From Spirochaetia bacterium (GTDB taxonomy: Bacteria > Spirochaetota > Spirochaetia > SZUA-6 > Bin103), in assembly GCA_965203905.1 (NCBI GenBank), contig CBDBDQ010000005.1:4128001-4192000 (forward strand): 64,000 nt of DNA. Reading direction: 5' to 3'. How positions within the stretch are numbered: position 1 is the stretch's first letter; every line of letters begins with the position of its first letter. Positions 29,063 to 39,690 of the stretch are shown piece after piece. The notes beneath the pieces are model-generated. The model did not search any database, was not told the origin of the DNA, and was given only the letters and a program-made list of their open reading frames with translations. Both the position numbers and the translations under genes were made by a program.

Positions 29063-30289
29063 GTGTTCGAGAACATCATCGGCCACGATGCCACCATCTC
29101 GGTATTGCGCGACGAGGTGCTAGCGGACCGCCTGCCGCGCGCCATTCTGCTCAGCGGTCCCGCCTACAGCGGCAAGCTGTCCATCGCGCTGGAGCTGGCC
29201 CGAGTGCTGGCTTGCACGCGGTCCGGCGACTGGGGCTGCGAATGCGAGGTTTGTCTGCGCCATCGCGACCTCAGCTTCCCCTACCTGTTGTTGCTGGGCT
29301 GGCGCTACTGGGAGGCGGAGATCCGGGCCGCCGCGGACCTGTTGCAGCGCTCGCAGTCGGCCGCCTGCTACCACTTCTTCGTGCGGGCGGTGCGCAAGCT
29401 CACGCGCCGTTACGACGGCCTGCTGTGGGAAGGAGACGAGACCAGGGTGCGCCCGGCCGCCGGCGCGGTGGGCGCGCTGAACGAGCTGCTCGAGGGGCTG
29501 ACGCCGGAGCTGACGGGGGCGGCGCTGGAGAAGCGCTGCGCCAAGATCGAGACCCAGGTCGGCAAGCTGGTGGCGACCGTCAAGACGGACAATGTCCCGA
29601 TCAGCCAGATCCGCAACGTCGAGCGATGGCTGCACCTGTCCGCGCCCGAGAGCCGCAAGGTGGTGATCGTGGAACACGCGGAGGGGATCCAGGAGTCGTC
29701 CCGCAACGCCCTGTTGCGCCTGCTGGAGGAGCCCCCGGCCGGGGTCCACCTCATGCTGCTCACACGGCGCCCGGACGCCCTGATCCCCACCCTGCGTTCG
29801 CGGCTGCGGGAGTATGCTCTGCGGGAACGCAGCAGCCGGCAGCAGGGCGAGGTGTTGCGGCGAATATTCCGCAGGGAGCCGGAGCCGGCCGTCTCGCTGC
29901 GCGACTACTTTCTCACCTGGCAGGAGTTCGGCGCCGAGCGCCTGAGCGCCCAGGCAACGCGGTTCCTCGCGGCAGTGACCGACCCGCCGCCGGACGGACA
30001 GTCCTGGATCGCCGGTCCCCCCGGAGGCTACGCCCACGCCGCCGGGTTGCCGGAGCGCCTGGAGCGCGAGCGGCTGCTGGCCTTCCTGGAACAACTGTCG
30101 GAGGAGCTGCGGACCCAGTTGCGGCAAGGCCGGCCGGCCGCGCTGCTGCAGGCCTGGGCCTGGCAGGTGGACCAGTGCGTGGCACGGGTGACCACCCTGC
30201 GCATTCAGCCGCGCCACGCGTTGCAGGGGCTCGGCAGCGCCCTGCGCGCCGCGGCCGGCGCGGCACCTGCGGCGGGAGGATCAAGATGA
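29063..30289 (+). CDS. holB: DNA polymerase III delta-prime-like subunit
   Basis: FENIIGH, degenerate P-loop GPAYSGKLS, Cys cluster, NALLRLLEEPP, IPTLRSR. Confidence 0.8.
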   Translation: MFENIIGHDATISVLRDEVLADRLPRAILLSGPAYSGKLSIALELARVLACTRSGDWGCECEVCLRHRDLSFPYLLLLGWRYWEAEIRAAADLLQRSQSAACYHFFVRAVRKLTRRYDGLLWEGDETRVRPAAGAVGALNELLEGLTPELTGAALEKRCAKIETQVGKLVATVKTDNVPISQIRNVERWLHLSAPESRKVVIVEHAEGIQESSRNALLRLLEEPPAGVHLMLLTRRPDALIPTLRSRLREYALRERSSRQQGEVLRRIFRREPEPAVSLRDYFLTWQEFGAERLSAQATRFLAAVTDPPPDGQSWIAGPPGGYAHAAGLPERLERERLLAFLEQLSEELRTQLRQGRPAALLQAWAWQVDQCVARVTTLRIQPRHALQGLGSALRAAAGAAPAAGGSR

Positions 30290-31491
30290 GGGTAATGCGA
30301 CGTTTCTATCAGCGGGCCGTGGACCGGCTGGACAAGATCGACTCGGCGCAGTTGCGCGAGTTGCTGCGCCGGCTGGCCGCGGACAACGACCTGCTCGGCA
30401 TGGTGCTCGACTCCATGGCACGCGGCATCATCGTCACCGATACCGACGGCCGCGTCCTGCTGGTCAACCGCGCCGCCGAGCGCCTGGTACCGTTCCAGGC
30501 TTCCGAGTATGCCCAGCTCTGCGTATGGGACGTGATCTCCGACGCCGAGATCGCCGGCTTCCTGCGCGATACCCTGCAGCGCCAGGAGAACGCCCGTGAT
30601 CGCGACTTCACCATCGGCTCCGGCGCGCTGCGGACCCTGAGCTTCGGCGTCCTCCCCCTGGTGCAGGAGGGGCACGTCTCCGGCAACCTGATCTACGCCG
30701 AGGACGTCACCGAGAAGCGCGCCGCCGAGGCGCGCCTGCGCCGGGCGGAGAGCCTGGCCTCCCTCGCCACCCTCACCGCCGGCGTGGCCCACGAGATAAA
30801 GAACCCGCTGGGCGCCATCAGCATCCACCTGCAGCTGATCCAGCGCCGCCTCGGAGCGGAGCGGGAGGGACCGGGGGCCGACGCCTGGAGCGCGGTACGC
30901 GAGGCCGTCGGCGTGATCGAGGAGGAGGTGGAGCGCCTGAACCAGATCGTGGTGGACTACCTGTTCGCGGTGCGCCCGATGAACATCGACCTGACCAGTG
31001 GAGAGGTGAACGAGTTGCTGGCGGAGCTGCTGCGCCTGCTGCGCCCGGAGCTGGAGGAGGCCGGCATCGAGCTGCGCGAGCAGTTGGGCAAGAACCTGCC
31101 ACGGGTGCTGCTCGATCAGCGCGCCATGCGCGAGGCGCTGCTCAACCTCATCAAGAATGCCATCGCGGCGATGGTGGAAGACACCTCCCCCGGCCGCCCG
31201 CGCGTACTCACGGTGGCCTCTTCCACGGACGGCGAGTCGGTGACCGTACGCATCGGCGACACCGGGCCCGGCATTCCGCAGGAGATCCAGGACCGGATAT
31301 TCGAGCCCTACTTCACCACCCGCGACTTCGGTTCCGGGCTGGGCCTGACGCTGGTGTACAAGATCGTCAAGGAGCATCTCGGGGAGATAGGGCTGGACAG
31401 CAAGCCCCGATCCGGCAGCACCTTTTCCATCAGCATTCCGGTCCCGCAGACCGAGAAGCGCCTGCTCGGATTCGAGGCCGCTAAGACATGA
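30286..31491 (+). CDS. PAS sensor histidine kinase (Hk2/NtrB-like)
   Basis: PAS domain, AHEIKNPL H-box, NLIKNA, DTGPGI, FEPYFTT, GSGLGL. Confidence 0.93.
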   Translation: MRVMRRFYQRAVDRLDKIDSAQLRELLRRLAADNDLLGMVLDSMARGIIVTDTDGRVLLVNRAAERLVPFQASEYAQLCVWDVISDAEIAGFLRDTLQRQENARDRDFTIGSGALRTLSFGVLPLVQEGHVSGNLIYAEDVTEKRAAEARLRRAESLASLATLTAGVAHEIKNPLGAISIHLQLIQRRLGAEREGPGADAWSAVREAVGVIEEEVERLNQIVVDYLFAVRPMNIDLTSGEVNELLAELLRLLRPELEEAGIELREQLGKNLPRVLLDQRAMREALLNLIKNAIAAMVEDTSPGRPRVLTVASSTDGESVTVRIGDTGPGIPQEIQDRIFEPYFTTRDFGSGLGLTLVYKIVKEHLGEIGLDSKPRSGSTFSISIPVPQTEKRLLGFEAAKT

Positions 31492-32846
31492 GTGCCGAGC
31501 GCATGAGCATTCTCATCGCCGACGATGAGAAGAACATCCGCGAAGGGCTGAGCAAGGCGCTGCAGTTGGCTGGCTACCAGACGCAGATGGCGGCCTCCGG
31601 CAGCGAAGCGCTGCGGGTGCTGGAGAGCCGCGCCGTGGACCTGGTGATCTCCGACCTGCGGATGCCGGGCCTGTCGGGGGAGCAGCTCCTCAAGCGCGTG
31701 GTAGCCTCCTATCCCGCGATCCCGGTGATCATCCTCACCGGTCACGGCACCATCGAGAGCGCGGTGACGGCGATGCGCGACGGCGCCTACGACTTCCTCA
31801 CCAAGCCGGTCAACCTGGATCACCTGGAGTTGCTGGTCAAGCGCGCCCTGTCGCGACGTCAACTGGTGCTGGAAAACCTGGCGCTGCAGCGTGAGCTGGA
31901 GCGGCGCAGCGAGAGCCACAAGCTGGTAACCGCCAGTCCGCCCATGAAGAAGGCGTTCGAGATGGTGGAGCAGGTGGCGCCCAGCCGCGCCTCGGTGCTG
32001 ATCACCGGAGAGAGCGGGGTAGGCAAGGAACTGGTGGCCAGCGCGATCCATTCCCTGTCGCCCCGGCGCGGATCGAAGTTCGTCCAGGTGCATTGCGCGG
32101 CGCTCACCGAGACGCTGTTGGAGAGCGAGCTGTTCGGCCACGAGCGGGGCGCGTTCACCGGCGCGGTGTCACGGCGCCGCGGGCGCTTCGAGCTGGCCGA
32201 CGGCGGCACCATTCTGCTGGACGAGATCGGCGAGATCAGCCAGAACATCCAGATCAAGCTGCTGCGAATCCTGCAGGAGCGCGCGTTCGAGCGGGTGGGC
32301 GGCGAGCAGACCCTGCACGTCGACGTGCGGGTGATAGCCGCCACCAATCGGGACCTCAAGGAGGAGATCGACCGGGGGCGGTTCCGGGAGGATCTGTACT
32401 ACCGGCTCAACGTGGTGCACATCCACGTACCGCCGCTGCGGGAGCGGCAGGCCGACATCGCACTGTTGGCGGCCGGATTCCTGAGGGAGTTCGCCGCGGA
32501 AAACGGCAAGGACCTGGCCGGCATCAAGCCGGCGGCGCTGACCGCGCTGCGCCGCTACTCCTGGCCGGGCAACGTACGCGAGTTGCAGAACGGCATCGAG
32601 AGCGCGGTGGTGATGGCGCGTGGCAGTGCGATCGAGCTGCATGATCTGCCGCCGGCGGTGCGCAGCGCGGAGGACGCCCCCGCGATCTGGCTGCCGCTGG
32701 GATCGACGCTGGACCAGGGAGAGAGAGCGATCATCCGCGCCACCCTGAGTCACCAGCAGGGTAACAAGTCACGCACGGCGGAGGTCCTCGGCATCAGCCG
32801 CAAGACCCTGCACCGCAAGATGCGGGAGTACCAGCTCGAAGACTGA
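31488..32846 (+). CDS. Sigma54-dependent response regulator (Rrp2/NtrC-like)
   Basis: REC domain, GESGVGKE, GAFTGA, WPGNVREL, Fis-type HTH. Confidence 0.95.
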   Translation: MSAERMSILIADDEKNIREGLSKALQLAGYQTQMAASGSEALRVLESRAVDLVISDLRMPGLSGEQLLKRVVASYPAIPVIILTGHGTIESAVTAMRDGAYDFLTKPVNLDHLELLVKRALSRRQLVLENLALQRELERRSESHKLVTASPPMKKAFEMVEQVAPSRASVLITGESGVGKELVASAIHSLSPRRGSKFVQVHCAALTETLLESELFGHERGAFTGAVSRRRGRFELADGGTILLDEIGEISQNIQIKLLRILQERAFERVGGEQTLHVDVRVIAATNRDLKEEIDRGRFREDLYYRLNVVHIHVPPLRERQADIALLAAGFLREFAAENGKDLAGIKPAALTALRRYSWPGNVRELQNGIESAVVMARGSAIELHDLPPAVRSAEDAPAIWLPLGSTLDQGERAIIRATLSHQQGNKSRTAEVLGISRKTLHRKMREYQLED

Positions 32847-32860
32847 CCAGTCCGCTCGCG

Positions 32861-33997
32861 TCACGCCTGGCGCGGGCCGCTGCCATGAGCGTCGCCGTGG
32901 GCCTCGCCGTCGCCGCGCCGCTGCTTGCGCCGATGGGTGTGGACCGCGACCAGCGTGGCGTACGCCAGCAGCACGCCGGCCCAGGCCACGAACACCAGGT
33001 AGAGCGCAGCCTCGCGCAGCAGCACCGTCGCGGTGATCGCGACCGCGGCCAGGTAGCCGCATACCGAGTACACGGCAAGCAGGATCTTGTGGTCCGACAG
33101 GCCCAGGTCGCGCAGCACGAAGTGGATATGGTCGGTGTCGGCGGTCCCCAGGGAGACGCGCTGTCGGACGCGGCGCAGCACGGCGGCGCCGCAGTCCAGG
33201 ATCGGGATCAGCATCAGGGTCGCCGGAACCATCAGGGTGCGCAGGGTAGCGGCCCCGCCGATGTCCAGCAGCGGCACTACCGCCAGCGAGAAGCCGAGCA
33301 GGTGGCTGCCGGAATCTCCCATGAAGATCGACGCCGGCGGCCAGTTGTAGAGCAGGAAGCCGCACACCGCGCCGAACAGCGCTACCGCGACCACGGCGGT
33401 AAGCAGGTGTCCCTGGAGCATGGCGACCACCGCCAGGCCGGCGGCGGCAAACGCGGCAATGCCGCCCGCCAGGCCGTCCCGTCCATCGATCAGGTTCAGC
33501 GAGTTGACCATGCCGACGATCCAGAACACGGTGACGGGGACGGCGGCGAAGCCGAGTTCCAGGCGGCCGAGGAGAGGCAGGGCGATGGAATCGATGCGCA
33601 TCCCCCCCGCCGCGATGACGCTGGCGGCGACGGCCTGCAGCAGCAGCTTGGTCCGGGCGCGCAACGGCACGAAGTCGTCGAACAGACCGACGCCGAAGAT
33701 CAACGCCACGCCGGCGGTGGCGGCCAGCAGGGGGGAGAGCGCATCCGGCAGCGGGACGTCCAGGAGTGCCATCGCGGCCGTACCGGCGCCGATCCCCAGG
33801 GCGGCGGAGAGGAAGATGGCGAGTCCGCCGATGCGCGGGATCAGCCCGGTGTGGAGCTTCCGGGAATCGGGGATGTCGTACCACTTGAAGCGGTGCGCGA
33901 GGCGCGTAACCAGGGGCGTGAGCACGCCATTGGCGGTGCACGCTACGACCACCGCCGCCACCAGAGCAACGGTAAGACTGGCTTCGCTGGTGGCCAT
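32861..33997 (-). CDS. MraY/WecA-family polyprenyl-phosphate HexNAc-1-P transferase
   Basis: RKLH...PRIGG, GLFDD, NLIDGRDGLA, IFMGDSGS, DTDHIH. Confidence 0.9.
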   Translation of the reverse strand: MATSEASLTVALVAAVVVACTANGVLTPLVTRLAHRFKWYDIPDSRKLHTGLIPRIGGLAIFLSAALGIGAGTAAMALLDVPLPDALSPLLAATAGVALIFGVGLFDDFVPLRARTKLLLQAVAASVIAAGGMRIDSIALPLLGRLELGFAAVPVTVFWIVGMVNSLNLIDGRDGLAGGIAAFAAAGLAVVAMLQGHLLTAVVAVALFGAVCGFLLYNWPPASIFMGDSGSHLLGFSLAVVPLLDIGGAATLRTLMVPATLMLIPILDCGAAVLRRVRQRVSLGTADTDHIHFVLRDLGLSDHKILLAVYSVCGYLAAVAITATVLLREAALYLVFVAWAGVLLAYATLVAVHTHRRKQRRGDGEAHGDAHGSGPRQA

Positions 33998-34074
33998 GCC
34001 TGCGCCGACTGTAGAGTATGTACGTAATCCTGTCACCGGACGACGGATGCTGTTGTTGACGATGATGTCCATAG

Positions 34075-34566
<492 letters not shown>

Positions 34567-35215
34567 GGCGGCCAGAACCGTGCAAAAAAGCTTGTTGACA
34601 CGACGCTCGTTCTGTGCCCTCCTGTTTTCGGGAGTGCCATGTACGTCACTCACCTCGTGTCCATAGCCGTCCCCCCCGCCCCCCGGCGGGGACTTGGTCA
34701 CATACCTGACGATCGAGAATCACCTCCACTAACCGCTCGGGCTGAGCGCGTAGCAGCAGCGCCGGGGGGCATCTTCGCCTTCAGCACGGCTGCGGCGACC
34801 ACCCGGATAACAGCGCTGCACGCGGCGCCGGTTCGGGCCACGTCACCTTCACCGCCGACCGCCACCGTCCCTGATCCTCCCGGTTCACACCTCGGAACCC
34901 ACCGCCGGCGTTGCCGGCCCATCGGACTCGCGGCTTCGCCGAGCCCACCACCGCCATACCTCGACACCACGTCACGTGGTGTTGTGATGCAGGTACGACG
35001 CCGGCCGCGCGGTCGGTGTGTCCAAGTCGACCAAAGGAGGAAGGGAAGCAACCCAAGACCGGTTTACGACTAACGCCCGGGCGGCGAGCCGCCGCGTCGG
35101 GACGATCCAGGGTGTCGCCCTCGCTCTCTGATTCGCCTGCGATTGCAGGCATGCCTCGAGAGTAGGCGAGGGGCGGGCAGTGAACGTCGTACTCTCGAGT
35201 GAGAGGAGCTATCGT

Positions 35216-37018
35216 ATGCATTACGCAACGTTCCGAACCTGCCTCGCGGTGCTGTGCGGTCTGGTCCTGACCGCAACCGGCCTCTGGGCGAGCCCGGCCG
35301 GGGAAGAGGAGCCCGCCGCGGCGATGGAGAAGGAAATGGTGCTCGACCCGAGTACCGGCAAGATGGTGAGCGCGCCGGAGTACGGCGGGACGTTGACCGT
35401 CGCCAACTTGCTTGAGCCAGAGAATGCTGACATGCATTTCAGCCATGTCCCAGCACTGGTCTCCGGCGCCACGGTAGAGAAGCTGGGAATGATGGACTGG
35501 GCAATAGATAGGGACATGTTTTCCTTCAGCAGCCAGTACCAGCCTCTATCCCTCTTTAGACCGCATCTGGCAGCGAGCTGGGACACCCCCGACCCCCTCA
35601 CGATCGTCTTCAACATCCGCAAAGGGGTTAAATGGCAAGACAAGGCACCGATGAATGGGAGAGAGCTAACCGCTGATGATGTCGTATTCAATTTTCAGCG
35701 CATGCTGGGCCTGGGCGACTTTGCGGAAGCCGGACCGAGCCCCGTTACGTGGCAGCTGTTCTCTGCCGAGTCGGTAACGGCCACCGACCGATACACGGTT
35801 GTTATCAAGCTGCCGGAGCCCAGTAGCGCAGCTCTTGGACGGTCCCTTGGCCAGGGCAGCATCTTCTACATAAATCCCCCCGAGGTCATCAAGGAGCACG
35901 GTGACGTGAAGGATTGGAGGAACCTGGTCGGAACCGGGCCCTATTTCCTCACCGACTGGACCGACGGAAGCTCTATTACCTTGCAGAAGAATCCTGACTA
36001 CTGGAAAGACGATGAGAAGTACCCGGGGAATCGGCTACCCTATTCTGACGAGATACACAGCCTTTTCATCGCAGAGGAAGCGACCCGTCTGGCGGGACTG
36101 CGCTCAGGTCAGATTGATTTCCTGGGTTTCCCTGCCGGTGTCTCTGACATCACATCGGTCGAAGTGCTCGAGAGCCTGCAGAAGAACAACCCCGAAATCG
36201 TGCTGCAGGCCTGGTGGGACCGTTCGGAAACCTCTTTTGCTCTGGACGCGACCAAGCCGCCCTTTGACGACGTCAGGGTGCGCAGAGCCATGCAGATGGC
36301 AATCGACCTTGAGGGCATCGACCGCGACTTCTACAAGGGCACTTCAGTCTGGCAGCCTCACGGGATAGTGGGGGAAGGCATCACCGGGTATTTCACTCCC
36401 TTTGAAGAGTGGCCCGAAGAGGTCAAGAACGGCTATCGGTACGATCCGGCAGGGGCGGAAGCTCTGCTGGATGAGGCCGGATATCCGCGCGGCGCCGACG
36501 GCACTCGATTCAAGACCGCAATGAACCTTCATTCTTCGTTGCCTTTAGGCTATTTCGAACTGGCTGCCACCTACTGGGCTGAGGTTGGCGTTGATCTGGA
36601 GATCAACCCCTTGGATGGAGCCCCCTGGTCGGCTGCTCGAAGGGACCATACTTGGGAAGGTCTGATGTGGCAACCTCTTGGCTGGAATGCCGATCCGGTG
36701 AATTTTGTACGCAACTACGTACACTCGAGCCAGGCGGAAGACTATCACGGAATCAGGTACCCTGAGTTGGATGCCCTTGTTGAAGCCGCCGAAGCCACTA
36801 CCTCCATTGAGGAGCAACAGAGGCTGGTCAAAGAGGTGGATATGTACACCATAGAGAACCACTGGTGGATATGGGGTCCCAAAGCCGGAAAGTACATGGC
36901 GCACCAGCCATGGGTCGTCGGCTTCAACGGTGAAACCCAGTTTTCATCTTTGGACCGCCTCACGATCCTCGCGCGCCTCTGGATTGACAGTGCGCTAAAG
37001 GCAGAAATGGGCTATTAG
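35216..37018 (+). CDS. ABC transporter substrate-binding protein (family 5, peptide/nickel)
   Basis: Signal peptide, PEYGGTL, RKGVKWQDKAPMNGRELTADDV, GTGPY, FDDVRVRRAM. Confidence 0.92.
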   Translation: MHYATFRTCLAVLCGLVLTATGLWASPAGEEEPAAAMEKEMVLDPSTGKMVSAPEYGGTLTVANLLEPENADMHFSHVPALVSGATVEKLGMMDWAIDRDMFSFSSQYQPLSLFRPHLAASWDTPDPLTIVFNIRKGVKWQDKAPMNGRELTADDVVFNFQRMLGLGDFAEAGPSPVTWQLFSAESVTATDRYTVVIKLPEPSSAALGRSLGQGSIFYINPPEVIKEHGDVKDWRNLVGTGPYFLTDWTDGSSITLQKNPDYWKDDEKYPGNRLPYSDEIHSLFIAEEATRLAGLRSGQIDFLGFPAGVSDITSVEVLESLQKNNPEIVLQAWWDRSETSFALDATKPPFDDVRVRRAMQMAIDLEGIDRDFYKGTSVWQPHGIVGEGITGYFTPFEEWPEEVKNGYRYDPAGAEALLDEAGYPRGADGTRFKTAMNLHSSLPLGYFELAATYWAEVGVDLEINPLDGAPWSAARRDHTWEGLMWQPLGWNADPVNFVRNYVHSSQAEDYHGIRYPELDALVEAAEATTSIEEQQRLVKEVDMYTIENHWWIWGPKAGKYMAHQPWVVGFNGETQFSSLDRLTILARLWIDSALKAEMGY

Positions 37019-37023
37019 CCTTG

Positions 37024-37054
37024 CGGAGGGGGACCAGGGAATCGTCCCCCTCCG
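37024..37054. other. 11-bp GC-rich hairpin between SBP and permease (probable mRNA stabiliser/attenuator)
   Basis: CGGAGGGGGAC-9nt-GTCCCCCTCCG, no T-tract. Confidence 0.55.
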
Positions 37055-37094
37055 AGGGTGCAAATGACGGGAAGATCGCGGTGAGGTGCGGCAC

Positions 37095-38048
37095 ATGAGA
37101 GCCCACATCATCAGGCGGTTGTTGCTCATCATCCCTACCCTGTTCATCCTGAGCATCCTCGTCTTTCTCTCGGTCAGTTTCATCCCGGGCGATGTCATAG
37201 ACGTCATGCAAAGTAGGATGGATGGCCTGGGGCGGGTCGACCGTGAACAGCTTGAGCAGATGCTGGGACTGGACCAGCCGGTCTACGTGCAGTACGGCCG
37301 CTGGTTGAGAGATATCCTGCTGCACGGCAGCCTGGGCCGCTCACTGATGGGCGATTGGCTGGTAGAGGAGAAGATTCTCGGTCGATTGCCGGTCACCATC
37401 GAGCTGGGTGTCCTGTCCATCGTCATCGGGCTGTTGATCGCCCTGCCGGTCGGCATCTACTCGGCAATTCGCCAAGATACGGCGGTCGACTACGCCGGCC
37501 GTTCCATCGCCATCCTGGGCCTGGCAACTCCCAACTTCTGGCTCGCCCTCATGGTCATGATCTACCCGGCCATCTGGTGGGGCTGGTCGCCGCCGATGCG
37601 GCTGATCAAGTTCAGCGAAGACCCGCTCGGGAACCTCGGCATGTTCCTGATCCCCAGCCTGATTCTGGGGACTTACCTGGCTGCGGCTACCATGCGCATG
37701 ACGCGCACCATGATGCTGGAGGTGCTGCGGCAGGACTACATCAGGACCGCGTGGTCCAAGGGTCTGAAGGAACGGGTGGTGGTGGTGCGGCACGCGGTCA
37801 AGAACGTACTGATTCCGGTGGTTACGCTGATCGGCCTGCAGTTGCCCATCCTGGTGGGTGGCGCCGTGATCATCGAGAACATCTTCAACCTGCCCGGGTT
37901 GGGCCGCCTGATGCTGGTGGCTCTCAACGACAGAGACTTCCCGGTGGTCGCCGGCATCAACCTGGTGTTCGGCACCGCGGTGATGGGGATCAACCTGGTG
38001 ATAGACCTGGTCTATGCGGTCCTGGATCCCCGTATCCGCTATCAGTAG
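37095..38048 (+). CDS. ABC permease (OppB/DppB-like)
   Basis: IIRRLL, PGD, QDYIRTAWSKGL, LDPRIRY. Confidence 0.93.
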   Translation: MRAHIIRRLLLIIPTLFILSILVFLSVSFIPGDVIDVMQSRMDGLGRVDREQLEQMLGLDQPVYVQYGRWLRDILLHGSLGRSLMGDWLVEEKILGRLPVTIELGVLSIVIGLLIALPVGIYSAIRQDTAVDYAGRSIAILGLATPNFWLALMVMIYPAIWWGWSPPMRLIKFSEDPLGNLGMFLIPSLILGTYLAAATMRMTRTMMLEVLRQDYIRTAWSKGLKERVVVVRHAVKNVLIPVVTLIGLQLPILVGGAVIIENIFNLPGLGRLMLVALNDRDFPVVAGINLVFGTAVMGINLVIDLVYAVLDPRIRYQ

Positions 38049-38965
38049 TGGGTCAAACAGTGGTGGGGCAAAGCAGTCAGCGCAGCGGGCGCACGCGGTT
38101 CTTGACCCGGCTGGTCAGGGAGAAGCCGCTCGGCACGGCCAGCGGCATTGCCGTAGTGATCCTGATTCTGGTGGCCGTTCTGGCCGACGTCATCGCTCCC
38201 TATCCCTATGGTGAACGGCACCTGCCCGACCGACTGCAGGGCTCATCGGCCCAGTATCTGCTCGGTACCGACCACCTGGGGCGCGACCTCCTGAGCCGCA
38301 TCATCCACGGCGCCCGGGTTTCCTTGACGGTGGGTCTGGCAGCCACCACGCTCAATGTTCTGGTCGCCGTGCTGATCGGCGGCACGTCGGGATTCCTTGG
38401 CGGCAAGCTGGATCTGGTGGTGCAACGGTTCGTGGATGCCTGGATGTCGTTCCCGGGGCTGCTGCTGTTGTTGACCATCATAGCGATCGTCGGCCAGGGG
38501 CTGGTGCAGCTGATCGCGGTCCTGGGCATCTCGGGCGGCATCGTCGGCTCGCGCGTGCTCAGGAGCGCCGTGATCGGGGTAAAGGAGAACGACTATTTTC
38601 AGTCCGCGGTGGCGATTGGCGCCTCGCAATCGAAGATAATCGTCCGCCACGTGCTGCCCAACATCGCGGCACCGATCATCGTGGTGTTCAGCATCAACGT
38701 GGGGGGCGTGATCATCTCGGAGGCTGCCTTGAGTTTCCTGGGCTTCGGCCTGCCGATCGAGGTTCCGAGCTGGGGCGGTATGCTGAGCCGGGAGGGCCGG
38801 CAGTACATGGAGGCGGCGCCCCACCTCGCCTTGTGGCCCGGCCTGGCGTTGACGGCTACCGTCTACAGCCTGAACATGCTCGGCGACGCGGTGCGCGACC
38901 TGCTCGACCCGCGGCTGATCGGCGGTGCGGGCCGTCTGGGCGCGCAAGACACCCGGTCCGTGTAG
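38048..38965 (+). CDS. ABC permease (OppC/DppC-like)
   Basis: LLGTDHLGRDLLSR, RHVLPN, LSFLGFG, PSWG, GDAVRDLLDPR. Confidence 0.93.
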   Translation: MGQTVVGQSSQRSGRTRFLTRLVREKPLGTASGIAVVILILVAVLADVIAPYPYGERHLPDRLQGSSAQYLLGTDHLGRDLLSRIIHGARVSLTVGLAATTLNVLVAVLIGGTSGFLGGKLDLVVQRFVDAWMSFPGLLLLLTIIAIVGQGLVQLIAVLGISGGIVGSRVLRSAVIGVKENDYFQSAVAIGASQSKIIVRHVLPNIAAPIIVVFSINVGGVIISEAALSFLGFGLPIEVPSWGGMLSREGRQYMEAAPHLALWPGLALTATVYSLNMLGDAVRDLLDPRLIGGAGRLGAQDTRSV

Positions 38966-39180
38966 CGGTAGTGAGGCGAGGGTGCGTGCTGCGGGCATTC
39001 GCGGGACTTACGCAACGGGCTGGCGGCGTGCGTCCGCCGCAGGCGAAAACCGCTGACGATATTGACGTATCGCGGGACAGGTGTAATGTACCAAAGACTG
39101 CAGGTGAGGGCCGCCGCGACCCGGCGCCCCCCCTGGACGGTCGCGGCAGCACCAGACAGCCGCCCGTTGGAGCTGATCCC

Positions 39181-39456
39181 ATGGAGATAACGTCCAGACG
39201 AATGACTCCGGAGGAGGCCGAACGATTCCGGCGGGACGATGCCGCGTTCAGAAAGTCCAACCAGATGATGTGCGACCGACGTGACGAACTGGTCCAGCAG
39301 TACCCGGACCAGTGGGTCGGGCTCCATCATAGCCTTGGGGTGCTGCACAGCGACACCTACCAAGGTATCTATCAGGAGCTGAAGGATCATCAGTTTCCCG
39401 AGGCCCAGACGGCCATCGAACTTCTGGAGAAGAATCCTCGGATTTTGAACCTGTAG
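39181..39456 (+). CDS. Small DUF5678-like protein
   Basis: ELVQQYPDQWVGLH pattern; followed by an aspartic-protease-like start. Confidence 0.5.
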   Translation: MEITSRRMTPEEAERFRRDDAAFRKSNQMMCDRRDELVQQYPDQWVGLHHSLGVLHSDTYQGIYQELKDHQFPEAQTAIELLEKNPRILNL

Positions 39457-39463
39457 GCCGGGC

Positions 39464-39657
39464 ATGGAAATCGCGGGGTTCTTTGATTGGGTTGGTCGGC
39501 CCAGAGTGGAAGCCCGAGTGGGTTTCACCGGTTGAATCTGGGCGGCGAGGTGTACTCGCGTCCGCGGCGGTTCGGCAAGAGTCTGCTTCCGGACACGCTG
39601 AAGGAGCTGTTCGAGGGCAACGAGGCGCGGTTCACGGGGCCCCACATCCATGACCGC
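39464..39657 (+). pseudogene. Chimeric remnant: retropepsin-like N-terminus joined to an AAA-ATPase (PF09820-type) fragment
   Basis: MEIAGFFDWVGRPRVEARVGF, frameshift, RLNLGGEV, then SRPRRFGKSLLPDTLKELFEGNEARFTGPHIHDR. Confidence 0.6.
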
Positions 39658-39690
39658 GGCGTCTTGAAGCGCGCGCGTCCCGCTCGAACC

